A stretch of 64,000 nucleotides of DNA from Oopsacas minuta (GCA_024704765.1 JAKMXF010000177.1:558001-622000); one strand, 5' to 3'. Numbered from the stretch's first letter, positions 50,729 through 63,054 are shown. Numbers and translations: made by a program. Notes: generated by a model from the sequence alone, not told the origin.

Positions 50729-51688
50729 TTACAATTTCTTCATGTAATCTGGTAATTTGATGGACAGTAGTTGAGGATGCATCCCTCTAACCACGCAATA
50801 GAGGACTCGTGTAATCTCGTCAAAGATCAAGCCTGATGGTTTGAAGTAGGGAATTTTACCTGAAGAAAGATTAATATTAGCAATAACATTTCCTTTAGAA
50901 TCTATAAACGATATTGTGTTATCTCCCCAGTTTGATAAGATTATGTTATTATTAGAAGTCACCGTTAAGTTCATTGGAATGTGCACTGCATTTGGTAAGT
51001 CACTTGCTAAACCAGATACAAGAGCTGAGAGCAGTATTCCATCCTTGATTGAGAATACAAGAATACACCTATCTGACTCGTGGAGTACAAATAGCTTATT
51101 TTTCCGTTTGCAAATGTCTCGTGCCACTTTAATATGGTCGATACCAAATGCAAACCTCTCTTGACTAGTAAATGTACAGCTGATCTCTATTATTTCACCT
51201 CTTACATTACCCTGGTAGTTGACAGTATATAGCAAGTAGATAACATCCAACGAGTCTGCACAGACAGCCAGCAGACTAACTTCAGAAAACCTTCTAGGAT
51301 GTACATATTGTATGACAGATATCAACTGCCCATCCAAACTACAGAGAAGTAATGTAGAAGACAATGACACTAGAATTATGTTATAGGAGGAGAGACACTC
51401 CGTGTGTAAAGTGTGTCTGTCAATATTTGGATATCTGTGATCACGAGGCAAACGAGGCAAAAAACGAGTAGGGTAATTAATTACATACTCAGAATCAACG
51501 TTATTGGGTAACAGGACAGACTTTCCACTGAGGGAATTAGAAATATATAAACTACGAGATAAAGGGTCATGTGTGAGGTATCTAGGGTCTTCAAAATTTA
51601 TGGGACGAGATATTATGCTACAGTCTAGTTTTATTGGATCTATTGGGACTCTTGGAAAGTCATCAGTTCTTGAGAAGAGTGTACCCAT
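50729..51688 (-). CDS. N-myristoylated NHL / six-bladed beta-propeller protein (319 aa)
   Basis: MGTLFS fits MGxxxS. NHL-like blades: PRYLTHDPLSRSLYISNS, ARDICKRKNKLFVLH, PMNLTVTSNNNIILSNWGDNTISF, PSGLIFDE. Intronless. Confidence 0.75.
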   Translation of the reverse strand: MGTLFSRTDDFPRVPIDPIKLDCSIISRPINFEDPRYLTHDPLSRSLYISNSLSGKSVLLPNNVDSEYVINYPTRFLPRLPRDHRYPNIDRHTLHTECLSSYNIILVSLSSTLLLCSLDGQLISVIQYVHPRRFSEVSLLAVCADSLDVIYLLYTVNYQGNVRGEIIEISCTFTSQERFAFGIDHIKVARDICKRKNKLFVLHESDRCILVFSIKDGILLSALVSGLASDLPNAVHIPMNLTVTSNNNIILSNWGDNTISFIDSKGNVIANINLSSGKIPYFKPSGLIFDEITRVLYCVVRGMHPQLLSIKLPDYMKKL

Positions 51689-53230
51689 TGATTAGAGAAG
51701 ATAAAATGTGCATGTAAGTAGAATCTTAGATACTGACTAATCTAGCTGCTATATTCTAAGTAAGATTTAGTAGATTGGTCAGTATGTTCTATTTTGAATA
51801 AAATTTGTGTTTTTAAGGCTAATACGGATATATTTTATGCCAAGTAAATTGCAATATTCTTCTGTCTCTGTTAGTCTGTTTGTCTGTTGTCAAACAAAGG
51901 ATTCATTGTGTGCTATTTTTAATTGGAATTTCTTAATTCCGACATGTCGCATAACTAGGTCATTAGTCGATCACCATCTTAATGATCACAACCACGATCA
52001 CAACCGTTCATTAACAGATTACGGGATGAGTGCTACGCTCGTTATGAAGAGGAACACTAAACTTTTACCACTTCGTTTTAACCAATCCCAGTACCTAAAA
52101 CGAGATTTTAGCACCTTTTAGACGTCATAAATTCAAAAATATTCCTGGCCATATTCAGTAGATCGTGATCATGCCATCAATGATCGCATGATACTAATGC
52201 CCTACGCGTAACTACGTATTTCTCGTTTTTCAATGGCCAATTTCCGTGATTGTATTACGTAGTAGAGTCATGTGAAATTTCTAAATAATTTAAGTATTGT
52301 TTTAATCGAATTTAAAGAACTCAGCTAACTTAAAGCGTTTTTCAGATTAACGAATTAAGTAAGAAATTAGAATGTTTGAGTATTCAAATTTTTAATTTTC
52401 GTTAGCAAAAGATACCACAAATAATGTGATAATAAATAAATTGCGAGAAGAATTAGCAAAAGCAAATAATAAGCAAAATATTACTACATATTACAGCAAA
52501 TACAAGGAGAGACAATGTATAATTGTATATGCCTTGAATTCCAATAAACTTGAATATATAGGACAAGAGTAAGAAAACTAATAGAAACTCTAATTCCCAA
52601 ATTACAACAAATATGTTATCCAGACACAGTAATTAAATAAGTTTGTTTTATCAAGGTTACTGTCTCTGTATTATAAAATGTAAATTTCCGTAAAATAGAC
52701 ATTGTCAACAACAAGGCATAATTTGTAAGAATATTAACCAAAAATTCGATTAGAACCGCTACAGGCGAGTCGGGCCTATCGTGGAATATATCAATTATGG
52801 ATATACATCAAATAGGTATGTAAACGGTTGTATTCATGCAAATGATTTTGTGGCATAGAAAATTATCTGGATCCAGCACACCTACTGAAATATGAAGTCA
52901 CATAGAATATGTGACTTCATGTTTCACCTCACGCGCTGGGATGAAAGCATGACAGTATATTGTAAATAATATTACATACCAGTCAATAAAATTATACTGG
53001 GCAGTACTATACTCGTGGCGTCGTGGGGACCAGTCAACTCGTACCAGTACTTAAGTCAACTCGTGGCAGTGTTTGTAAGTCAAGTCCTACCAACTCTCTA
53101 CTAATTTTTAACTGGTATGAGTTGACTTAAATTAGGTACGAGTTGGTCATTGGTATGAATTGACTGTCCCCCTTTCAACGTCATATTTTCTACTAGGTAA
53201 CAACTTAGCGATTGCAAACAATAAGCTGTA

Positions 53231-54142
53231 ATGGCTGGAGTAACACATTTAATACCTGATAGAACAGAGGAAAAATCAATATTGAAAGCTATGAAAGAAA
53301 ATAGTACGAAAATTACAATTGAATGTAACAATGAAATGGATATGTATTACTTTCCAGCAAAGAAAATATCAGTCAGTGAGTATCAAAAGGTAACAAGGAA
53401 GAACCTGAAAAAGATAATCATGGTGGGAGAAACTGGAAGTGGGAAAAGCACACTAATCAATGCATTCGTTAATTATGCGGCTGGAATAGAAATAGAAGAT
53501 CCATTAAGATTCAAGTTAGTTAATCATGAAATTGAACTTCAAACAAGGGAGATATCTGGATATCTCATTGAGGATACTTTGTTCGAATATCCCATCATGA
53601 TATGGGATACTCCAGGATTTAAGTTTGCAAATGGGAGAAAGATAGATGAAAAGATAGAACAACAAATTCAAAAGCTACTCAGTGTAGAAGATGAATTTCA
53701 TGCAATATGTTTTGTGATAAAGGCAGACGTAAACAGACTGACAGATGTACAAAATCTCATCATTGATAATGTGAAACGCTTATTTGGGAGAGAAGCAGAA
53801 AAGAACATGTACACTCTCACTACATTCGGGTACGGTGATCGTCCAGAGGTGCTGAGAACTTTAATGAGAAGCAATTTCCCATTCGATGAAAACCGTTGGT
53901 TCACATTCAACAACAGACATTTATTTAAAACTGAATCTCAAAGGTGGTTCGGTTCTAAAATATATTGGGATATCACTATTAACAGCATTATCCAATTCCA
54001 TAATACACTAGCCCATCAACTACCATTCGGAATAACAAGAGAAACTAGAAAAGCTAACGTCTTCGGATATATGAAAGTAGAAAGTGATGAAGATTATTAT
54101 GCTGATTATGTAGAAGAATTAAGCTCTCCAGAGAACAAATGA
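53231..54142 (+). CDS. P-loop GTPase (septin/AIG1-GIMAP-related TRAFAC type), 303 aa, intronless
   Basis: KIIMVGETGSGKSTLINAF (G1), IWDTPGF (G3), AICFVIKA..NRLT and FTFNN. Confidence 0.85.
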   Translation: MAGVTHLIPDRTEEKSILKAMKENSTKITIECNNEMDMYYFPAKKISVSEYQKVTRKNLKKIIMVGETGSGKSTLINAFVNYAAGIEIEDPLRFKLVNHEIELQTREISGYLIEDTLFEYPIMIWDTPGFKFANGRKIDEKIEQQIQKLLSVEDEFHAICFVIKADVNRLTDVQNLIIDNVKRLFGREAEKNMYTLTTFGYGDRPEVLRTLMRSNFPFDENRWFTFNNRHLFKTESQRWFGSKIYWDITINSIIQFHNTLAHQLPFGITRETRKANVFGYMKVESDEDYYADYVEELSSPENK

Positions 54143-56329
54143 TTGATCCAATGGGGTACCAAGATTTTGATGAGGTGAAAAGCAGCTATCTTCTAGAAAA
54201 GATATTGCCTAGTCATTAGTATAAGTGTGTTTTAGTAGTTTGGAATAGAATATTTGTATTTGTAGTTACGTGTGACAATGTGAAAACATTATGAGCTATT
54301 TCCAATTTTATCTCTTAGAATAGTAGTAAAGTTGGTCCATATTACCGGTATGATTTTAAAATCTGCATAAATAATACAGTATATATGAGAACCCTAATAT
54401 AGTTCCTACCATTGGCGCAACTAGGCTCATGAGTCAGGGCGGGCAAATATGACGTCATACCCACCCGCCCTATACTTTTTGTATTACGATGGAGTCAAAT
54501 CTGGGTGGACACTTTATCGTTTACCTTATAAAGGTTGCGTTTCTGTCTCCAATATTTTACAAAATTACGAAAAACACATAGAAATAGTTTATGCTCTGTA
54601 AAGTTCTATAGATTATTTGAAAAATAGAAGAAGAACCTAAGCCAATGTCACGTAAATTCAGATCCAATTGACTATGAGGAATGATACTAGCGATAACGGA
54701 GCAAACTAACAGAAAATTAACTGTTGCGAATGGTAAATAATCATAGAGAGAAGGTAAGATGATAGATACACTCGACTAGATATAAAACTGATCAATTCCA
54801 TTCTTACCGAAGTAAGCTTGGAGAGGATAAATACTTTGTATAACATAGCCTCCTGGTAATGTAACCAGTCCATCTCTTAATAGTGTACTTATACGGCCAG
54901 TGATGATACACCAGCCTAACTTTCAATAATAAGCAGAGCAATGGGACATGGCAAATTCGTGATATATATGGTAATATGGCAAAAGACATAGCACAATGTC
55001 ATATGAAAGTTATACATATTATAATATTGTGCAAGTGTCTTTACGTAAATGAAAAATGTGGCAAAATTATTATAATTTCGACAGACAAAATTATTATTAT
55101 GGAATTTGTGATCATACATATACATTTAATTTTCAAATTTTCATATGATTAACATAACTTGGATTCCATTATTGTTCTACGGTCAAATCTGTTATGTCTA
55201 CATACAGATAATATCTATGGCGTATAAAGTAGAAGAGAACCAGGACAGCTGCTATGCAGAATGGGAATGTCATGGATGAAAGATTAAATTCCGGGATGAC
55301 GTGGTTGTGTATTAGAGCCTATTATAACTATTAGCGAATATATTAAATTGGTATCAAAAACGAAGTGATAAAATGTTAGTGTTCCATTCATTACGAGCTT
55401 AAAACGTAATCGGTTAATGAATCAATTGAAAGATATACACGGCCATACTAGGCTACAAAATCCTTACAAATAGGACTTATAGAAGGCTATTCAGTGAATT
55501 ACTTAGCCCACGGTTATTCTCACCTCATTCTCTAAATTTAGGAAAAGTCACCCATTCACATTACTCAATAGTTAATAACAACGGTTAATTTTGTATAGCA
55601 ATAATAATGTCACCATTTACTAAACAGAATTATCTATGTATAGTTTACAAAATGCAGGTAAACTTCCAGGAGACAGTATCATCGGTGAATCATTTGTGCT
55701 GTATCTTTTCCAAATCCTGGGGCCCGTACTCAATAATTATGACTCTCTCTTTACCAGATACATACTTGTCAGACACTATGATCATTTTTCAAATGCTTAT
55801 CTATAATCAATACAAACCTTCATGCATATACTCAATATTATTTAGTGATTGCATACCTGCAAAATGCAAACCTATTTGTGTCTTATCCCTGTATAGAACT
55901 CTTATTTGTTCTTCCATTGGCCAGAACCCTGTACACCCACAAGATCTTTACTCGCTCCATGCGGTCGCGTTCAGAGAATCAATGTATGCGTGAATATACA
56001 TAGACTCAAATATGGTTGACGTATACAAAAATACTAATTCGGGAAAGAGAAAAGTATAAATAGACTGTAATGGAAATCCAGGTGTGTTTGAATAAAACTG
56101 TTGATTTACACAACAAAATGTATAAACCATGCCTGCCAAGTGCCAAGTGTCCCGATTGTTCCAATTGTGAGTAATTGGGAACATGGATAGGAGGATCATA
56201 TAATATAGACTTATAGTAGTGCATATGTTATGAGGAATCAACTCCTAGAGAAGTAACACTCTTCTGTAGAATGAAATTGTAGTTGAACAGATATGCGAAA
56301 TTGGGCATTTGCAAAATGCCCAATTTAGC

Positions 56330-57260
56330 ATATCTCCCAAAATACAGATACCTAATACGATATATATTATCTTATCCATGTCTCAAGTCACTGATGGGTA
56401 AATTTTAAAATTATTAACAGTGTTGATAATATTTGTGAGTTATTCATGACTGTTAAGTTACGATGTGTGACAAGTCGTAGAATATAGAATAGACAATCAA
56501 GAGTGAGGAGTAATTTATGACTTTTACTTTTCCTCGAGAAATGATATTCTTCTGGGATATGTGATTATGATTAAAGAGATGAATACAAGGATTACTATTA
56601 TCCAAAACAAATATACTTTCGTATGAGAGTTTACATCTTAAGGCCATGAGGATGTCTGAGTGAGTGTACCGTTACCAAAGTATTTTGAAATCTTTGGAAA
56701 GTATTTGGATTCGATTGTTGGAACTATTACAAATATATATATCTTCATTAAATTCGTCAAATATTAAACCTGAAGGATTGTTAATACAATTTCTCAGCTT
56801 CCAGTTTCCAGATGCAATCTAGAGACAAGTTTGCAATTAATATTCAGGATATAGTGGTTATATTGAGAATAAGAATTCTATCTCCGCAAATAACTAAACC
56901 GCTTAGGTATATCATCTTTCAACTTTGTTGTCTCCAAATTTAAACAAATACTTAACAGTACATTCAAATATTTTACCACTGATTAAATGGATGTGATTCA
57001 GTATTATTTCCTTTTAAAACTTTTACACACAAACTTATGCAAAACTGGATTGAGTATTATTTTCTTGAATAATCAATCCCACTTCTCACATTCTCTACCA
57101 ACTTACTCAACTTGTTAACAGTTCACGGTTGTTGTTTCAGAACAGAAGGTAACGTAACAATTAATGGTTGTTTTGGAATCTCAATGGAATCAAGTTTGTG
57201 TATCGATTCATTGAAAATTTAGTGAGGATATCTCACTCAAGAATAACCTAGTTTCAGATA
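56330..57260 (-). pseudogene. Decayed NHL-repeat gene
   Basis: Minus-strand fragments in shifting frames with stops: LSKLVENVRSGIDYS, YLFKFGDN, GLVICGDRILISQY, NPSGL.FDEFNEDIYIC, NRIQILSKDF, KLSYESIFVLDNSNPCIHLFN. Confidence 0.65.
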
Positions 57261-57535
57261 TTTAAGTGCTAGATCATTTCATTTATTTGTTTATAAAAAG
57301 TGCTAATGTTGTGGTTTCACCAAGCTATATTTCCTGGATAATTACAATTGGAGCCTTTGATTTATAGTAAAAAAGTTCACATGAAAATACATAAAAACAC
57401 AAAAATGAACTGAATTATCCTTAAACTTCAGAAGAAGTATAAGATTTTATAATTATATAATGTCTTTTCACAACACGATATAGTTTTAATATTCTCTCCA
57501 ATTATATTTCATTTTAATAAGGGAAACATTAGAGA

Positions 57536-57598
57536 TGTATTATTAGTATTATTAGCATTATTAGTATTATTATTAGTATTATTAGTATTATTAGCATA
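57536..57598. repeat. (TATTAG/TAT)n microsatellite
   Basis: Degenerate TATTATTAG tandem array. Confidence 0.8.
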
Positions 57599-58351
57599 GA
57601 GAGATCAATCAGTGGAATTGTGCGTGGCACATATTTAAGTTCTGTCGCAATTAACAGGCTGTGTTGTGCACAATATTGGCTGTATTTTAATTTATCATCA
57701 GAATGAGAAGAACCTTAGACAGTGATTTCAATACAGGGTGTAATACATGATTACTGAAATCAAATAGTACAATGCAACAATGCATACAAACTGTATGCAT
57801 TGTTGCAGTTTATTAGAGAATACGTGTGTACGCGTACACCCGAAATTCTCTAACAACTATACCGTAGCTGAATGGGAGAGCATAAAATGTAAATTATACT
57901 GATCTATGATATATCAATTTCAATATTATTTGGTGAGAGAAAATCAGAATTTCCTGAGACAAAAGGTATTTTCGGATACAGTATATAAAAGATATATAGT
58001 GATAACGCTGGGAGCACTGATATTAGAGTCAAATAATCATTATATCCAATAAATTTTGTGTGGGGTATACTGTAGACGTGGAGAGGAATCAACAAACAAA
58101 AATATCACTATAAACATTGTCACTATATCCGGAACGCCCATTGTGGGAATTAAATTGAACTCTTCTTATGTACTCAATCCTGATATCTGAAATTACGTTA
58201 TAACGAATACTTAAGATATTATACAAAATAATTCCGCCAAAAGAGTTAGACATGTAACAACCGAGAATACGTATAACCAAGGCCCTTTGTAATTATAATC
58301 CAATTCACAACACAGACAAATAATGTGAATATAACTTGCAAATAAATATAA

Positions 58352-58732
58352 TTAATTCTTAGGGGTATCAATATTAATTCCATATTTCTCTTTGAGCTTT
58401 TCCAAATGTTCCTTCCGCTTATCAGGGTCCATCCTACTGAATGCTTTATGTGGCTGGTAATACAATACTATGAGATATCTGTTACATACGTTAAAGCCAG
58501 AGAGATGCTCACAAGCAACTTTAGCATCAAATATATCATCAAATATTACGTAAGCAGTTCCTTTAGTGTCAGGGGCGTTTCCTAGACGTATTTGCCGGAT
58601 CGGGCCGAACTTACCGAAAATATCATAGAGTTCTTCTGAGGATATCTTCCATGGTAGGTTACGTATATAGAGTATACGATTAACTTCAGGAGGGAGACGT
58701 ATACCTGCTCGTTTAGCGGCAATAAGAGCCAT
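58352..58732 (-). CDS. SF3B6: Splicing factor 3B subunit 6 (p14), intronless
   Basis: [70 protein letters not shown] is the highly conserved p14 RRM. Confidence 0.97.
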   Translation of the reverse strand: MALIAAKRAGIRLPPEVNRILYIRNLPWKISSEELYDIFGKFGPIRQIRLGNAPDTKGTAYVIFDDIFDAKVACEHLSGFNVCNRYLIVLYYQPHKAFSRMDPDKRKEHLEKLKEKYGINIDTPKN

Positions 58733-59957
58733 CTATTAGCTATTCAAAAAATAATTATCATATAAAGTATATAATATTTTGTCAGATTTAGTTATGTTCT
58801 CTTCTACATTAGGGTCCCGCTAATCCGAACAGACTTGTACCCATGAAATATACGTATGTTCCGATTAGCGAAATTGGTTGGATTAGTGAATAGCATTGAA
58901 ACAATGCGATACTATTATAAAACGATGAAAAGAATCAAAAACATGTCTGTGTAGCATAGTATCATAATCCAAAGTAGAATTGGTCACAATGAAGTGAATG
59001 AACTACAGCGCAATATGTCAGTCTTGTTCGGATTAGCAATGTTGAGTGTCTACTGTATCTATTCTATCACAACTAGTTAAGATAGTATAGTATGGTGGTA
59101 ACGGAATTTTCGTGCCTCAAAATTTTCATTCTTGCAAAACTTGCATCCTCAAGGTTCCCTTAGCAGGTCGCTTCCTACTATTCTTACTGTAGTGAAGAAT
59201 TTTAAACTTGGAATAATGTAAGTTTGCTCTTGGGTGTTGCCCGGATGTATGACAAGCTCCTAGTTGTTGGTTTGGGTCTTTGGAAGCAAAATCTCGTTGA
59301 TGAGTTGGATATTTTTTGAATTGGTTAATTATTTTGCTATTAATTGTCGTATTTATATTTTACACTATTTTGTAGTGACGCATGCCAGTACATTTTAATA
59401 ACTCGAAAATACGAGGGACGAAAGTTCAGTATAGTATGGTGCAGTAAATTATGTGTTACTGTTATCTTAATAGGTTACGTAACGCTTGTGAGGCTTAAAG
59501 AATATACAAGAAGAAAACCAAAATATAATACAGTAAACACATAATATATCATCAAAGCAAATTAATACATAGTATCATAGCCTATTATTGTATTATATGC
59601 TATACTAATGGCAAAATAGTTCATTTTGAGATCAGCTGTACCTCGTTACTTTCATGAAATGGTAAATTCACAATTGTGGTGAAAATTATCGAATTCACAC
59701 ATATTATAAGGAATAATTACGTACTACCGTTCAGAAGGTTCGTAATAAATAATATTTTAAGACACACCGGAACTTGATAATATCAGAATATATACCTGAG
59801 TTAAAAGTTGTATTGCTATAGAATATGTCACAGAGTAGAGTACTGCAGGTTGGCAGAATATAGTATCAGGATAGGAGCATAGCAAGATACAATAATCATT
59901 ACAAATAAATTGAATTCTGTAAGAACATCTGTAAAGTGATTAGGACTCTACCATTAG

Positions 59958-62900
59958 TCAGAACGTTGGTCGGTTGAGAGAGAGAGGAGCGATAGGATTG
60001 AAAGGGAATTGTGGATTCGTCTTGAGAAGATACTTAGGATCTGCGGAGATATCTACTATATTAGTCCTAGCCTCTTTAGAGGAGGCCGCTCTGACAGGAG
60101 GGGGAGTTAGGTTGGGATCAGTGACAGGGTTGAAAGGTAGAGAAGGCTTAAAATCTTCAAGAGTAGTGCTAGGGAGATCGCATATCTTCTTCTTATACTG
60201 CAGCTGGTATTGAGGAGGAGGTGGAGGGAGAGGGAGAGAAGGGTTACCGTTGAAATTAGTACTATGAGAGATAGCACCAGATACACGTAGTGGTATACGA
60301 GATGGAACTGGCAATGAGTGATTCATGGAAGAAGCAAGGGGTTGTGTACGAGTTATAGCTCTGTCATTGAGTTGCTTATTCAGCCAGGATATCACATTTT
60401 CATTCGTTTTAATCTGTTCTTGACACTCAAATAATTCCTTCTTGCTCTGTTCCAGCTCATGTCTAGCTGTCTTACTCTCCTCTCTAAGTCTAGAGCTCTC
60501 CTTTTCCACAAGCTCTAACTCATTAGAAACTCTCTTCATTGATATTTCTCTCTCAGCTATAGCCTTCTCTTGCTCCATAGTTACTGTGTTTTTTAATCTG
60601 AGTCGTGTTTTAGTATTATGCAGCTCCTGTTGCAATTTCTGTATTATTTCATTGCCTTTGTTAACTTCCTGAGAAGCGGTCTTAACAGCTTGCTCCAGCT
60701 TCCCTACCATCAACTGTTTGTGTTGTACAGCTGTTTCAAGTCTCGTACGATCAGCTGTGAATTCTTCAATAGTTTGAGAGCTCCTGAACAGCTGTTGTTC
60801 TCTCTCTGTACTGTTCTGCTCTAAAGTGGTTAGTTTAGTAGTCATTCTTCTTAACTCGTCTGATTGATCTTCTGCCCGCGTGTGAGAGCTCATATTCTGT
60901 AACCGAGTCTGACTGAGAGACTCCTGCAACTCTTGACACCTGAAATAATATCAAACTTAGCATATTATTGATTTAACATTAACTATTGAGAATTAGTAAA
61001 GTAGAAATCGGATAGTACGTAAGATATAATTCATATTAATAAATTAATACGAACTAAATTTCTGATCCAAATTCATCAACATATACAGTTAACATTTGAT
61101 AACTCGAACCCTCAGGGGAAATTCTGTACGAGTTAATGAATGCTGACTGTATAACTATGCAAATTCTCTCACTTAATATGAATACGTGTATAGTTTATAC
61201 AGATCGAATGTACATTTTTGGTCACCGAGAAGGCATTTAGTCTTTAGTATTTTAAATCCTACCTTATTGAAAAAGTTTCTTTCTCTTTCTTACTCTGTTC
61301 TAGAGATGTTTCCAGCCTCAATACTTGTTCTCTCAGGTCTGTTAGTCTGTTCTCTAACTCCCTCTTCTCCTCTCCCCGATCAGTTCCCTCTTTCTGGAGA
61401 CGAAGTTGTAACTGTCTCTTCTCTGTCTCAACCCTCTCCAGGAGATGCTCCTGCTTCTTGTGGCTGTCCTCTCTTTCAGCTCGGAGCTCTTGCTCGTTAT
61501 GCAAAGACAATTCACTCACTCGTGTCCTTACCTCCTCTTGGAGTCGATGTAGTTCAGACTAGAAGAAAGTATATTAAATAAACAATAGAAGGTTGCGCAG
61601 CAAACACTGCGCATGTGTGTGTTGCGAGCACCATGCTGAAACCGCATCAGGAAGATAATCGGGTTTATTTACTATAATCTGGCTTATAGATTACATCCGT
61701 GTCTAATCAATGATACCCCAGAATATATCCCCTTAGCCCAGTAAATGATACTAGCACATTCCCAAGAGGTGTAGCATTCACGCTGAACCATTAAAAATGT
61801 GTCCAGATAACTATAATACCCGAGGAGTATTCTAAAGATTATATCTGGGTATATTCTGGGCTACTACACAGCTTCCGATGCATATGGTTCTCGAGTGTAC
61901 GCATGCGCAAGCCTTTTCTATCCGTATGCACAGTTGACTATTACATATACAGTGCTACCTTTACAAACGGGGTGTAGGATGGAGAAAAATGCTACCCGTC
62001 CATTCGAACAGCTGTTCCAATTGCAAAATAATTCGTTCGGATTAGTGAAATGCATAGAAACAATACTATAGAATCTAGTGGAGATTTTTTCGAAAGTTGT
62101 ACAAAGGATGAAAAGCCTGCCATGCGGCAACATGTGTAATATAGTAATATATATTACACATATTGCCGCATGGCAGCCTTTTCATCCTTTGTACAACTTT
62201 CGAAAAAGTACACAGTAGAACTGGATACAATTAATTGTTTTAGAACATTTTCCAAAAGTTGTATAACTTTTCTGACCTGTTCAGATTAGGAAGGTATAAT
62301 ATATTGTACTTCAATCGAATCACTCCATTTCAAGATGTTCCCGTTTGTGGAGGTTACACTGTATGGAGTAACACTAAAGTATATTAACTGAAATTTGCCC
62401 ATTTTTGGTGAAATTTGATAGGATTCGTGTAAATAATGTAACAAACATTTTCAAAGAAAGCAATGCGTCACCATTACAAAATAATACCTCCTGCTGTGCT
62501 GCAGCTGCTCTGGAAGCTGACATGTGTCTAGTGAGCTCGTCCTTAGACACAGCAAGCTCCTCAGACAATCTACCATTCTCAGTCTTATAGCTCCGCAAGC
62601 ACTCAGCTAGATATTCCTTCACCGTCCTGTCTGTACCAGGCAGAACCCGCAGTGATAGGTGTGTCAGATGTTTGAAAGGATTCGTCTCTACTACCTCGAA
62701 TACCGTCCTACCCTCTCCAGCCTGAATCAGCTGTAGTACGAACTTAGGTTGTTCTTTACTGTGCTGAGCTCTGCATAGAGTCAGCAGTTCTATTAGTTTC
62801 TGAGGGAAAGATGCAAAGTCTATGAGCAGGCCCTGTTGACTCTTCAGATCAGAATACTCCTCCTCTGACAGAGCTAGAGTGTGGAGAAAGAATGGATCGC

Positions 62901-63054
62901 TGTCATCTGTCAATCTCAGAATGAGTTCTTGGGAAAATGGAGAGGCAGATGATGCTGCGTTCTTAGAGAACACAGATATTCTGATTCTTACGAATCTCTC
63001 CTCAGAATTCAGTTTGGTTAGGACAGGAAGTTCCTGAGAGAATAACTCTTCCAT
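59958..63054 (-). CDS. SASS6: Spindle assembly abnormal protein 6 (centriole cartwheel), 3 exons, ~614 aa
   Basis: Exons 62488-63054, 61263-61558 and 59958-60939 (phases 0 and 2, GT-AG). PISA/head motifs LRLTDDSDPFFL..L.EEEY..LK.QQGLLIDF..FP and ETNPFKHLTHLSL, a coiled coil with EVNKGNEIIQKLQ and NENVISWLNKQLN, and a Pro-rich tail. Confidence 0.95.
61950..62361. mobile_element. pogo-type MITE in SASS6 intron 1, containing a 122-bp near-perfect palindrome
   Basis: TA/CAGTGCTACCTTTACAAACGGG ... CCCGTTTGTGGAGGTTACACTG/TA. The internal hairpin is at 62086-62207. Confidence 0.8.

Noticed and set aside
55560-56250. ORFs 55607-55993, 55948-56241 and 56006-56224
   Set aside because: They have no recognisable motifs. 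The region may hold another decayed gene on the minus strand, but I cannot support a call.
52886-57807. Short hairpins as Helitron 3' ends or rho-independent terminators
   Set aside because: None is followed by CTRR at the expected distance or by a U-tract, and the DNA is eukaryotic.
59974-62590. Plus-strand ORFs 59974-60213, 60442-60672, 60618-60824, 61186-61581 and 62405-62590
   Set aside because: They are antisense shadows of SASS6 exons; the Ser/Leu richness mirrors GAG/AGA codons on the other strand.
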